In this document: positions 1-8,294 of the stretch, piece after piece
Layout: the number at the start of each line of letters is the position of its first letter
Position numbering within the stretch: position 1 is the stretch's first letter
From: Burkholderiales bacterium
GTDB taxonomy: Bacteria > Pseudomonadota > Gammaproteobacteria > Burkholderiales > JACQAP01
NCBI GenBank assembly: GCA_045810225.1
Contig: JBJMWI010000080.1
Span: 23-64,022 of the forward strand
Direction: 5' to 3'
DNA length: 64,000 bases
The notes under the pieces: model-generated
What the model saw: only the letters and a program-made list of their open reading frames with translations
What the model was told of the DNA's origin: nothing
Databases searched by the model: none
Made by a program: the position numbers and the translations under genes

Positions 1-175
1 TGACAAGCTGGGCCACGTCTTTTGCCTCATTGGCTCCGCGCTTGACCAGATCTTCCACCGGCACCCGATTCCGGTGGCCAAGCACGATCGTCTGAAAACC
101 TTTTTCGACCAGATTTTTCGCCATCCCGTGGCCCATCAGTCCGACGCCGATGAAACCGATCTTTTTGTTCGCCAT
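1..175 (-). CDS. NAD(P)-dependent oxidoreductase, 3-hydroxyisobutyrate dehydrogenase/6-phosphogluconate dehydrogenase family (N-terminal part only; runs off the window)
   Basis: Not in the ORF track; translated by hand from ATG at 175: MANKKIGFIGVGLMGHGMAKNLVEKGFQTIVLGHRNRVPVEDLVKRGANEAKDVAQLV. It has a Rossmann GxGxxG motif (GVGLMG) and an AAAGGA RBS upstream. Confidence 0.85.
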   Translation of the reverse strand, partial: MANKKIGFIGVGLMGHGMAKNLVEKGFQTIVLGHRNRVPVEDLVKRGANEAKDVAQLV

Positions 176-245
176 TTCGCTTTCCTTTGCAGCAATAATT
201 CAATCTTTACGTCGCGGTAATCGCCGCGAGGCAGCGACCGCGCTG

Positions 246-1433
246 TTAGCTGACAAGTTCGATGGCCATCGCGGTGGCTTCCCCGCCACCGATGCAAAGG
301 GACGCGACGCCGCGTTTGACGCCGCGCTTTCGCAGCGCGCCGATCAGTGTGACCAGGATGCGGGCGCCCGAGGCGCCGATGGGGTGTCCCAGCGCGCAAG
401 CGCCGCCATGCACATTGACTTTTTCATGCGGCACCTTGTGCTCGCTCATTGCGGCCATGGTCACCACAGCGAACGCTTCGTTGATTTCGTAGAGATCGAC
501 CCGATCGGCCGCCCAGCCAGTACGGTCGAACAATTTACGAATTGCCCCAACCGGCGCAGTCGTGAATAACCCCGGTTCCTGCGCATGTGTCGCGTGCCCG
601 ATCACCGTCGCCAGCGGCTTGAGCGCGAGTTTATCGGCGGTTGAACGACGCATCATGACCATGGCAGCAGCGCCGTCCGAGATGGAACTTGAATTCGCGG
701 CCGTCACGGTACCGTCTTTGCGAAACGCGGGTTTCAGCAGTGGAATCTTGTCGAAGTTGGCCTTGAAGGGCTGTTCATCATGCTCGATGAAGCGCTCGTC
801 CTTGCCCGCCTTGACCGCAATCGGCACGGTTTCCCAAGCGAATGAGCCATCGCGGTTTGCTTGTTGTGCGCGCTCCAGAGAGGTAATCGCGAAACGGTCC
901 TGTTGCTCGCGCGTGAAGCCGAATTTTATTGCGCAGTCTTCGGCGAAGCTGCCCATCAGGCGGCCTTTGTCGTAGGCATCCTCCAGTCCGTCCAGGAACA
1001 TATGGTCGATGACCTGGTGGTGCCCCATGCGGTAGCCGGTGCGCGCCTTTGGCAACAGGTAAGGTGCGTTGGTCATGCTCTCCATGCCGCCGGCCACCAT
1101 AATTTCACTGCTGGAGGCCCTGAGCAGATCGTGCGCAAACATGGCCGCTTTCATGCCGGATCCGCACATCTTGTTGACGGTCGTGCACCCGGTTGACAGC
1201 GGCAGTCCGGCGCCAAGAGCGGCCTGGCGCGCCGGCGCCTGTCCTTGGCCCGCAGCAAGCACGCAGCCCATGATGACTTCCTGCACTTGCTCCGCCTTGA
1301 CGCCGGAACGCTCGACGGCCGCGCGCACAGCTGCAGCGCCAAGCTGGGGCGCTGTGAACTCCTTGAGATCACCTTGCATCGCTCCCATCGGGGTGCGTGC
1401 GGCCGAAATGATTACGATCGGATCGGTTGTCAT
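246..1433 (-). CDS. acetyl-CoA C-acyltransferase (thiolase)
   Basis: Thiolase motifs NKMCGSGM (catalytic Cys), [13 protein letters not shown] and LCIGGG; 395 aa. Confidence 0.96.
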   Translation of the reverse strand: MTTDPIVIISAARTPMGAMQGDLKEFTAPQLGAAAVRAAVERSGVKAEQVQEVIMGCVLAAGQGQAPARQAALGAGLPLSTGCTTVNKMCGSGMKAAMFAHDLLRASSSEIMVAGGMESMTNAPYLLPKARTGYRMGHHQVIDHMFLDGLEDAYDKGRLMGSFAEDCAIKFGFTREQQDRFAITSLERAQQANRDGSFAWETVPIAVKAGKDERFIEHDEQPFKANFDKIPLLKPAFRKDGTVTAANSSSISDGAAAMVMMRRSTADKLALKPLATVIGHATHAQEPGLFTTAPVGAIRKLFDRTGWAADRVDLYEINEAFAVVTMAAMSEHKVPHEKVNVHGGACALGHPIGASGARILVTLIGALRKRGVKRGVASLCIGGGEATAMAIELVS

Positions 1434-1448
1434 GATTTAGTCTCCTCG

Positions 1449-3215
1449 TTACGGCTTGGCGCCGGAAGCGAAACGCGGGCGAAAACGCAGCGTCTCTGGG
1501 TACGGGAATACGTCGTCGACGTGTCCAGCGGCGATGCGCCGTTGCGTGGCCATCCAGAAGTCGGCATCGAGCAATTCGCGATGATGCTCTAGAAATACTT
1601 CTCGCACGTGCGGATTGCCCAGCAGGAATGCCGCAAACTCCTCGGGAAATACATCCGCGGCCCCAACCGGATACCACGGCTCTGCGGCGATCTCGTCCTC
1701 GGGAGTACGCGCCTTCGGCATGCGCCGGAAATTGCAGTCCGTCATGTATGCAATTTCATCGTAATCATAGAACACCACGCGGCCGAAGCGAGTCACGCCA
1801 AAATTCTTGAACAGCATGTCGCCAGGAAAAATATTGGCAGCCGCCAGTTGCCGGATGGCGTCGCCGTACTCGCGCACGGCGTGCGCAAGCTGCTCGCCAC
1901 TCGCCCGATCGACATACATGTTCAGCGGAATCATGCGCCTCTCGATATAAACGTGTTTGATAATCACGGTATCGCCCTCTTCATCCACCATGGAGGGCGC
2001 CAGGCTACGCAGTTCCGCGATGAGTTCGGGCGAAAAGCGATCGGCCGGAAATGCCACGTTCGCATATTCAAGCGTATCGGCCATCCGACCAACGCGATCG
2101 TGATACTTGACCAGGAGGTACTTGTTCTTGACTTGCTCGCGCGTGATTTCCTTCGGAGGCGAAATGACGTCCTTGATGACTTTGAACACATACGGGTAGG
2201 ACGGGAGCGTGAACACCAGCATGACGAGTCCGCGTATTCCCGGCGCAATTACAAAGCGATCGCTGGAATGTTTTAAATGGTGCAGAAAATCGCGATAGAA
2301 GAGCGTTTTGCCCTGCTTCTGTAAACCCAGCACGGTGTAGATCTCAGCGGCCGGCTTGTTGGGCAGCAAGCCTTTCAAGAACTCAACATAACCCGAGGGA
2401 ACTTCCATATCGACCATGAAGTACGCCCTGCTGAATCCGAACAGGACGGCCAGATGCTCGGGCGCAAGGAGCATGGTGTCGAGATACAGGCTGCCGTCCG
2501 CATTGCGCAGAATCGGGATTGCAAAAGGAACTTCCTGGCTGCCATTGATAATCTTGCCAACGGCGTAGGTTCCCTTGTTGCGAAAGAACAGCGACGTCAG
2601 AACCTGAATCTGGTGATTTGCTTCCAGCAGAATTGGTCTGCCGAGGTGCTCGCGCACGGCGCGCAGCAACCAGCGGGAATCGCGATTGAGGTCGCGGAAT
2701 GGGTTGCGCAAGCCGAAATCTCTGAGCACTTGAGCGATGGTGGCGCGCACGCCGTCCCTGGATGGATAGTAGCTTCGATAGGTAGGCGGGTCGGAATCGA
2801 TATGTTCGGTGGACAGTGCAGGACGTACGAACAAAAAGTCGTTGTGATAATAATTTCGGTGGAGAATGCGGCAGCTTACCGAATTGAAGAAACTCTCTGC
2901 GAGTTCCGGTTGCTTGTGGTTGGTAAGCAATCCGATGTAGTGCTGTTTGACCTGTTGCCAGATCGCGTCCGGGAGCTGGTCCGTGTGGAAGCGCCGTTGC
3001 AGGTATTGAACGGTCTCGCTAATACGCCGATCGTAGAACTGGATGCGCTCGCGCGAAATACGCTGTATTTCCGCCCATTGTCCCCTTTCGAATAGCGATT
3101 TTGCGTAGCGACTGGTCTCACGGAATAACCGGTAATGGCGATTGAAACCGTCAAGCGTCCCCTGTGCAATCAAGAAAGCAACTTCTTCTTGGGTTTCTGC
3201 CGCCAGGATCGTCAT
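1449..3215 (-). CDS. aceK: bifunctional isocitrate dehydrogenase kinase/phosphatase
   Basis: Motifs APGIRGLVMLVFTLPSYPYVFKVIKD, KYHDRVGRMADTLEY and NIFPGDMLFKNFGVTRFGRVVFYDYDEI. Start placed at ATG 3215 (MTILAAE), 7 nt after the ivd stop. Confidence 0.96.
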   Translation of the reverse strand: MTILAAETQEEVAFLIAQGTLDGFNRHYRLFRETSRYAKSLFERGQWAEIQRISRERIQFYDRRISETVQYLQRRFHTDQLPDAIWQQVKQHYIGLLTNHKQPELAESFFNSVSCRILHRNYYHNDFLFVRPALSTEHIDSDPPTYRSYYPSRDGVRATIAQVLRDFGLRNPFRDLNRDSRWLLRAVREHLGRPILLEANHQIQVLTSLFFRNKGTYAVGKIINGSQEVPFAIPILRNADGSLYLDTMLLAPEHLAVLFGFSRAYFMVDMEVPSGYVEFLKGLLPNKPAAEIYTVLGLQKQGKTLFYRDFLHHLKHSSDRFVIAPGIRGLVMLVFTLPSYPYVFKVIKDVISPPKEITREQVKNKYLLVKYHDRVGRMADTLEYANVAFPADRFSPELIAELRSLAPSMVDEEGDTVIIKHVYIERRMIPLNMYVDRASGEQLAHAVREYGDAIRQLAAANIFPGDMLFKNFGVTRFGRVVFYDYDEIAYMTDCNFRRMPKARTPEDEIAAEPWYPVGAADVFPEEFAAFLLGNPHVREVFLEHHRELLDADFWMATQRRIAAGHVDDVFPYPETLRFRPRFASGAKP

Positions 3216-3222
3216 TGAAGGC

Positions 3223-4413
3223 TCAAGCAGTTTCCCGGAACAACTCACGGCCAATCAACATGCGCCTGATCTCGGAAGTCCCGGCACCGATTTCATAGAG
3301 TTTGGCATCGCGCCACAGCCGCCCGGTCGCGTATTCGTTGATGTAGCCATTGCCACCGAGCGTTTGGATTGCTTCGCCGGCCATCCACGTGGCTTTTTCG
3401 GCCGCATACAGAATGGCGCCCGCCGCATCTTTGCGCGTGGTGTGGCCGCGGTCGCATGCCTTGGCTACCGCGTACACATAGGCTTTGCAGGCATTCAGGG
3501 TCGTATACATGTCGGCGATCTTGCCTTGCATGAGCTGAAACTCGCCAATTGGTTGTCCGAACTGTTCCCGCTGGTGCACGTACGGCATCACGATATCCAT
3601 ACACGCTTGCATGATGCCTAGCGGGCCCCCGGCCAGTACGGCGCGCTCGTAGTCCAAGCCGCTCATCAGGACTTGGGCCCCACGTCCGACCTCCCCTAGT
3701 ACGTTATCCGCCGGAACCTCGCAATCCCGGAACACCAGCTCGCTCGTGTTCGAGCCACGCATGCCAAGCTTGTCTAGCTTCTGCGCCGTGGAAAAACCTT
3801 TGAACGATTTTTGGAGGATGAAAGCGGTAATGCCTTTCGGCCCCGCCGCGACATCAGTCTTGGCGTACACCACCAGCACATCGGCGTCCGGGCCGTTCGT
3901 GATCCACATCTTGTTGCCATTGAGAAGATAGCGATCACCCTTTCGGTCCGCGCGCAGCTTCATGCTCACGACATCCGAACCGGAGTTCGGTTCGCTCATC
4001 GCCAACGCGCCGACGTGTTCGCCGGAAATCAGGCGCGGCAAGTAGCGGCGCTTTTGCGCTTCGGTACCGTTGCGATTGATCTGGTTCACGCACAGGTTGG
4101 AATGTGCGCCATATGACAGGCCGACTGCCGCGCAGGCCCGCGAAATTTCCTCCATGGCAATCACGTGCGCGAGATAGCCCATCCCGGTTCCACCATAACT
4201 CTCACCCGCAGTAATGCCAAGCAGACCCAGGCCGCCGAACTTGCGCCACAGATCCATGGGGAATTCATTGCGCCGATCCATTTCCGCGGCCCGCGGCGCG
4301 ATTTCCTTCGCAGCGAAATGCTGCACGCTATCGCGCAGCATTTCGATGTCTTGACCGAGATCAAAATCAAGCGAGGGAAAGGAGGGCATCGAAACGTTGT
4401 CCGGACTATTCAT
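3223..4413 (-). CDS. ivd: isovaleryl-CoA dehydrogenase
   Basis: Acyl-CoA dehydrogenase motifs [40 protein letters not shown] and [14 protein letters not shown] are typical of IVD. ATGA overlap with the paaI-like stop; alternative start 4389. Confidence 0.92.
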   Translation of the reverse strand: MNSPDNVSMPSFPSLDFDLGQDIEMLRDSVQHFAAKEIAPRAAEMDRRNEFPMDLWRKFGGLGLLGITAGESYGGTGMGYLAHVIAMEEISRACAAVGLSYGAHSNLCVNQINRNGTEAQKRRYLPRLISGEHVGALAMSEPNSGSDVVSMKLRADRKGDRYLLNGNKMWITNGPDADVLVVYAKTDVAAGPKGITAFILQKSFKGFSTAQKLDKLGMRGSNTSELVFRDCEVPADNVLGEVGRGAQVLMSGLDYERAVLAGGPLGIMQACMDIVMPYVHQREQFGQPIGEFQLMQGKIADMYTTLNACKAYVYAVAKACDRGHTTRKDAAGAILYAAEKATWMAGEAIQTLGGNGYINEYATGRLWRDAKLYEIGAGTSEIRRMLIGRELFRETA

Positions 4414-4859
4414 TGGTCGGGTCGTCCAAGCATTATCATCAGGGTCTGCAGCAACGTCGCGCAGAGCGTTTCACGGCCGGCCTTCACGACAAATGCGTCG
4501 ACTTGCGCTACCACCAGTGTCCGTCCCGATTTCAGCACCCGCCCACGCGCGATAAGCAATTCACCGTCGCCGGGGGCAAGCAAGTTCATCTTGTATTCGA
4601 CTGTCAGAACGCTCGAGTCCAGGGCCATCAGGGTAAACGCAGCATAACCGCCTGCCGAGTCCGCGATGGTACCGATGATGCCACCGTGAAAATAGCCATG
4701 CTGCTGGGTAACTTCAGGCTTGTAGGGAAGCTGGATCTCGCATGCGCCCGGAGCGAGGCGAGTCAGCTGCGCGCCCAGCAACGCCATGGCGTGCTGGCGC
4801 TTGAAGCTGTCTTGAACGCGCTCGGCATAGGCCGGGTTGCTCGGTTGAAAGCCAGTCAT
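4410..4859 (-). CDS. PaaI-family hotdog thioesterase
   Basis: [20 protein letters not shown] and [13 protein letters not shown]; GGAG RBS; first gene of the ivd-aceK operon. Confidence 0.9.
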   Translation of the reverse strand: MTGFQPSNPAYAERVQDSFKRQHAMALLGAQLTRLAPGACEIQLPYKPEVTQQHGYFHGGIIGTIADSAGGYAAFTLMALDSSVLTVEYKMNLLAPGDGELLIARGRVLKSGRTLVVAQVDAFVVKAGRETLCATLLQTLMIMLGRPDQ

Positions 4860-4884
4860 GGTCGTCTCCGTATTGATTTCGCGA

Positions 4885-4913
4885 ACTGTAGTTGACGTTT
4901 ACGTTAACGTCAA
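4885..4913 (-). promoter_or_regulatory. sigma70 promoter of the paaI-ivd-aceK-thiolase operon, overlapped by a LiuR-type operator
   Basis: The minus strand reads TTGACG-17 nt-TACAGT (-35 at 4913-4908, -10 at 4890-4885). The near-palindrome TTGACGTTTACGTTAACGTCAA (4892-4913, perfect 8-bp arms) covers the -35 and spacer and resembles the LiuR consensus TTTACGTwwACGTAAA. Confidence 0.8.
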
Positions 4914-4985
4914 TCATGTTGTCAGGCCCAAATGACGGGACATCGTGACGAAATTGCTGCGCAACAAATACGTGGATTCAGAATA

Positions 4986-5405
4986 TTAGGGGCATTTGCC
5001 AGACAATCGCGGCACCTCGGGACGTTCCGGATTGCTCTCCAGGAATTCGCGGCACTGCTGTTCGAATGCCGCAATTTCTCCCAATACCACTTCGATGTCC
5101 TCGCGTTGCTGCTCAAGAATACTGCGCCGCTTTTGCAGCACCTGCTGCAGACGCTCGACTTGCGCCCGCTCATCCTTGGCCGCATCGTACATATCGATAA
5201 GCTCACGTATCTCGGACAAAGACAAACCGAGTCGCTTGCCTCGCAACGCCAGTTTGAGCCGCACCTTGTCGCGGTTGCGGTACACCCGGTTACGCCCCGC
5301 CCGACTGGGCGCAATCAATCCATGGTCCTCGTAGAAACGGATCGCGCGCGTCGTCAGTCCAAACTCGCGTGCCAGGTCGGTAATGGTGTAAGTGGTTTCG
5401 GTCAT
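4986..5405 (-). CDS. liuR: MerR-family transcriptional regulator, LiuR-like
   Basis: MerR HTH (YTITDLAREFGLTTRAIRFYEDHGLIAPSR, LALRGKRLGLSLSEI); directly upstream of the ivd operon with matching operators on both sides. Confidence 0.82.
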   Translation of the reverse strand: MTETTYTITDLAREFGLTTRAIRFYEDHGLIAPSRAGRNRVYRNRDKVRLKLALRGKRLGLSLSEIRELIDMYDAAKDERAQVERLQQVLQKRRSILEQQREDIEVVLGEIAAFEQQCREFLESNPERPEVPRLSGKCP

Positions 5406-5413
5406 CAGGCCAG

Positions 5414-5429
5414 TTTACGTAAGCGTCAA
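5414..5429. promoter_or_regulatory. second LiuR-type operator in the liuR/MBL-hydrolase divergent region
   Basis: TTTACGTAAGCGTCAA is a close match to TTTACGTwwACGT(A/C)AA. It lies 8 nt from the liuR ATG and next to a plus-strand TAGAAT (5431-5436). Confidence 0.65.
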
Positions 5430-5475
5430 GTAGAATCCCACTATAGCGTTCGCCTTTCTTGCTGGTATCCGCCAA

Positions 5476-6534
5476 ATGCAGACTGTTGTTGTTCCACCGA
5501 ACCTCGACGCCCGGATAAGTTTCCCGTTCGCCGAGCCGCCCGCGCCAGGAGGCGTCTTCGAGGTCGCACCAGGCGTGTACTGGCTGCGCATGCCGCTGCC
5601 GTTCGCGCTGAACCACATCAACCTCTGGCTGGTGCGGGAAGAAAACGGGTGGACCGCGGTGGACTGTGGCATAGCGTTGCCGGATACGCGCGCCCATTGG
5701 GAGCGCATTTTTTCCGAAGTGCTCGGCACTACGACTTTGACGAGGGTGCTGGTAACTCATTTCCATCCCGACCATTTCGGCAACGCCGGGTGGTTGATGC
5801 AGCGCTTCGCTGCTCCGCTATGGATGACCGAAACCGAATTTCTAACCGCCCATGCGCAATACCAGACTCTTGCCGGTTTTGGTTCGGATGCAACAGCGGA
5901 TCTGTTTGCCGAGCACGGGCTCGACGCGAAACGCGTCCGCGACATTGCCAGCCGGGGCAATTCATACCGCAAGATCGTGGGAGAGCCGCCCACCCGCTTC
6001 GTGCGCATGCTGGATGGCGACGAAATCAGCATGGGCGGTAACCTGTGGCGCGTCATCATCGGCTATGGGCACGCGCCCGAACATGCTGCGCTGTACTGCG
6101 AGGCGCTTGGCGTGCTCATCTCAGGTGACATGCTGTTGCCCAAGATCAGCACGAACATCAGCGTGTGGCCGAACAAGCCGGAAAGCGATCCGCTGGATCT
6201 TTTCCTGCGCTCCATCGACCGCTTTACCGAACTTCCCATCGATACACTGGTGCTGCCCTCTCATGGCTTGCCCTTCCGCGGCGCCCATCACCGCGTGAAG
6301 ATGCTGCATGATCACCATACGGATCGCCTGGCGGAGGTCATGGAAGCCTGCCGTCGCCCACAATCCGCCGCGGATCTGCTGTCTGTCCTGTTCCGCCGCG
6401 AACTGGACACTCACCAGATTTTCTTTGCCATGGGAGAATCGATCGCGCACCTTAATTACCTGTGGCTCAAGGGGCTGCTGTCCCGAACACGGGACGCCGA
6501 CCAGGTCTACCGTTTCCAGAGCGAGGGCGCATGA
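5476..6534 (+). CDS. MBL-fold metallo-hydrolase
   Basis: Metal ligands THFHPDH (HxHxDH), GHAPEH, SGDMLL and PSHG; 352 aa. Confidence 0.9.
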   Translation: MQTVVVPPNLDARISFPFAEPPAPGGVFEVAPGVYWLRMPLPFALNHINLWLVREENGWTAVDCGIALPDTRAHWERIFSEVLGTTTLTRVLVTHFHPDHFGNAGWLMQRFAAPLWMTETEFLTAHAQYQTLAGFGSDATADLFAEHGLDAKRVRDIASRGNSYRKIVGEPPTRFVRMLDGDEISMGGNLWRVIIGYGHAPEHAALYCEALGVLISGDMLLPKISTNISVWPNKPESDPLDLFLRSIDRFTELPIDTLVLPSHGLPFRGAHHRVKMLHDHHTDRLAEVMEACRRPQSAADLLSVLFRRELDTHQIFFAMGESIAHLNYLWLKGLLSRTRDADQVYRFQSEGA

Positions 6535-7613
6535 AAGTCGCGGGCGTGCCTTATCGCAGCGTCTGGCGGGAAGCGGAGCGAGTCGCCATCATCGATCAGA
6601 CCCGCCTGCCGTTTGAGTTCCATACGCTGCGGCTCGGTAGCTGCGAAGAGACTGCGCATGCAATCCGTTCGATGCAGGTCCGCGGCGCTCCGCTTATCGG
6701 CGCGACGGCCGCGTACGGCATGGCGCTGGCAATGTCAGCCAATGCGTCCGACCAAAACCTTGCGCAGGCCGCGGATCTTCTACTCAAAACCAGGCCGACG
6801 GCGATCAATTTGTGCTGGGCGCTCAAGCGCATGACGCGTGCTTTAGGAGCGCTGGGTCCGTCGGCGCGCGCCGATGCCGCGTGGAAGGAAGCGCAGGCGA
6901 TCGCCGACGAAGACATTGCGCTGAATCTCGCCATCGGTCAGCACGGATTGGCGCTGCTGCGCGAAGTGGCCAGGCGCAAGACCGAGGTCAATGTACTCAC
7001 GCATTGCAATGCTGGCTGGCTGGCGACTGTCGACGTAGGCACCGCCTTGGCGCCAATCTATCTGGCGCACGACGCCGGCATCCCGCTGCATGTATGGGTG
7101 GACGAGACGCGACCGCGCAACCAGGGGCTGCTTACCGCGTGGGAACTTTCCGAGCACGGCGTGCCTAACACGCTGGTCGCGGATAACGCAGGGGGCCACC
7201 TGATGCAGCGTGGCCAGGTCGATCTGGTTATGGTCGGCGCGGATCGCGTTACCGGTAGTGGCGATGTGTGCAACAAGATCGGCACTTACCTGAAAGCGCT
7301 GGCTGCCAAAGACTGCGGAGTGCCGTTCTACGCCGCGGTGCCCTCGCCGACCATCGACTGGGAAGTCCGGGACGCGGTCGCAGACATACCGATCGAGGAA
7401 CGTGGCAGCGATGAGCTTCTAGTGGTTCGCGGACAGCAGGCAGCCGAACATCGTATTATCCAAGTTCGCATCGCCCCGCTGGACGCGCGTGCGACAAACC
7501 CGGCATTTGACGTAACCCCTGCGCGCCTTGTAACCGGAATCATCACCGACCTCGGCGTCGCGACCCCGACCCGCAACGGACTGGACAAACTGTATCGGAC
7601 CCGAGCGGCCTGA
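6531..7613 (+). CDS. mtnA: S-methyl-5-thioribose-1-phosphate isomerase
   Basis: Motifs MQVRGAPLIG, TRPTAINL, LTHCNAGWLATVDVGTA, DETRPRNQG, GDVCNKIGTY and NPAFDVTPARL. Start ATG 6531 overlaps the upstream stop (ATGA). Confidence 0.93.
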   Translation: MKVAGVPYRSVWREAERVAIIDQTRLPFEFHTLRLGSCEETAHAIRSMQVRGAPLIGATAAYGMALAMSANASDQNLAQAADLLLKTRPTAINLCWALKRMTRALGALGPSARADAAWKEAQAIADEDIALNLAIGQHGLALLREVARRKTEVNVLTHCNAGWLATVDVGTALAPIYLAHDAGIPLHVWVDETRPRNQGLLTAWELSEHGVPNTLVADNAGGHLMQRGQVDLVMVGADRVTGSGDVCNKIGTYLKALAAKDCGVPFYAAVPSPTIDWEVRDAVADIPIEERGSDELLVVRGQQAAEHRIIQVRIAPLDARATNPAFDVTPARLVTGIITDLGVATPTRNGLDKLYRTRAA

Positions 7614-7615
7614 TC

Positions 7616-8254
7616 GTGACCGAATTGCAACTCAGAAAACAAGTTATCGCGACTGCGCTACGCATGAACACCCTGGCAATCAACCGGGGCAAATCCGGCA
7701 ATGTCAGCGCACGCTGGAAGGCAGGCTTTCTGGTGACCCCCTCTGCATTGCCCTACGAAGACATGCAACCGGCGGATATCACCTTCATCGATGCAGAAGG
7801 CCCGAAAGGACTGCGCAAACCATCTTCGGAGTGGCGCTTCCATTTCGATATTTACCGCCACAAGCAAGAGTGCCAAGCGGTGGTCCATACGCATTCCAGT
7901 TTTGCAACGACACTGGCTTGCCTGGGCATGGGGGTGCCTGCGTTTCACTACATGGTTGCGGTTGCGGGCGGCAATGACATCCGTTGCGCGCCTTACGCGA
8001 CCTTTGGCACGCAAACGCTGTCTGACCATGCGATCAGGGCGCTTGAGCGGCGCGCGGCCTGCCTGCTCGCTAACCACGGCATGATTGCCACAGGCAGCAA
8101 TTTGACAAACGCATTGGCGCTCGCCGTGGAAGTGGAGGCGCTATGCGAGCAATACTGGCGCGCATTGCAGATCAGAACTCCAAACCTGTTGAGCGACGAA
8201 GAAATGGCGCTGATCGTGGAGAAATTTGCGGCCTATAACAACCTGGGCCATTGA
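7616..8254 (+). CDS. class II aldolase/adducin family protein (Ald2/FucA-like; probable methylthio- or 5-deoxy-ribulose-1-phosphate aldolase)
   Basis: SGNVSAR, PSSEWRFH, Zn ligands VVHTHS and LLANHG; GTG start 2 nt after mtnA. Confidence 0.85.
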   Translation: MTELQLRKQVIATALRMNTLAINRGKSGNVSARWKAGFLVTPSALPYEDMQPADITFIDAEGPKGLRKPSSEWRFHFDIYRHKQECQAVVHTHSSFATTLACLGMGVPAFHYMVAVAGGNDIRCAPYATFGTQTLSDHAIRALERRAACLLANHGMIATGSNLTNALALAVEVEALCEQYWRALQIRTPNLLSDEEMALIVEKFAAYNNLGH

Positions 8255-8294
8255 ACGACTTGCACCTCGTCTGACTTCGAACTAGTTTAGCCAC

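Noticed and set aside
246-4859. aceK embedded in a leucine-catabolism operon
   Set aside because: From recall this is a known, recurring arrangement in betaproteobacterial LiuR regulons, so it is not novel in itself.
4932-6041. 369-aa plus-strand ORF and other long overlapping ORFs (for example 30250-31185, 32591-33403, 34647-35570, 37123-37935, 26103-26915)
   Set aside because: These are antisense or alternate-frame shadows of well-supported genes, expected in GC-rich DNA; no recognisable motifs.
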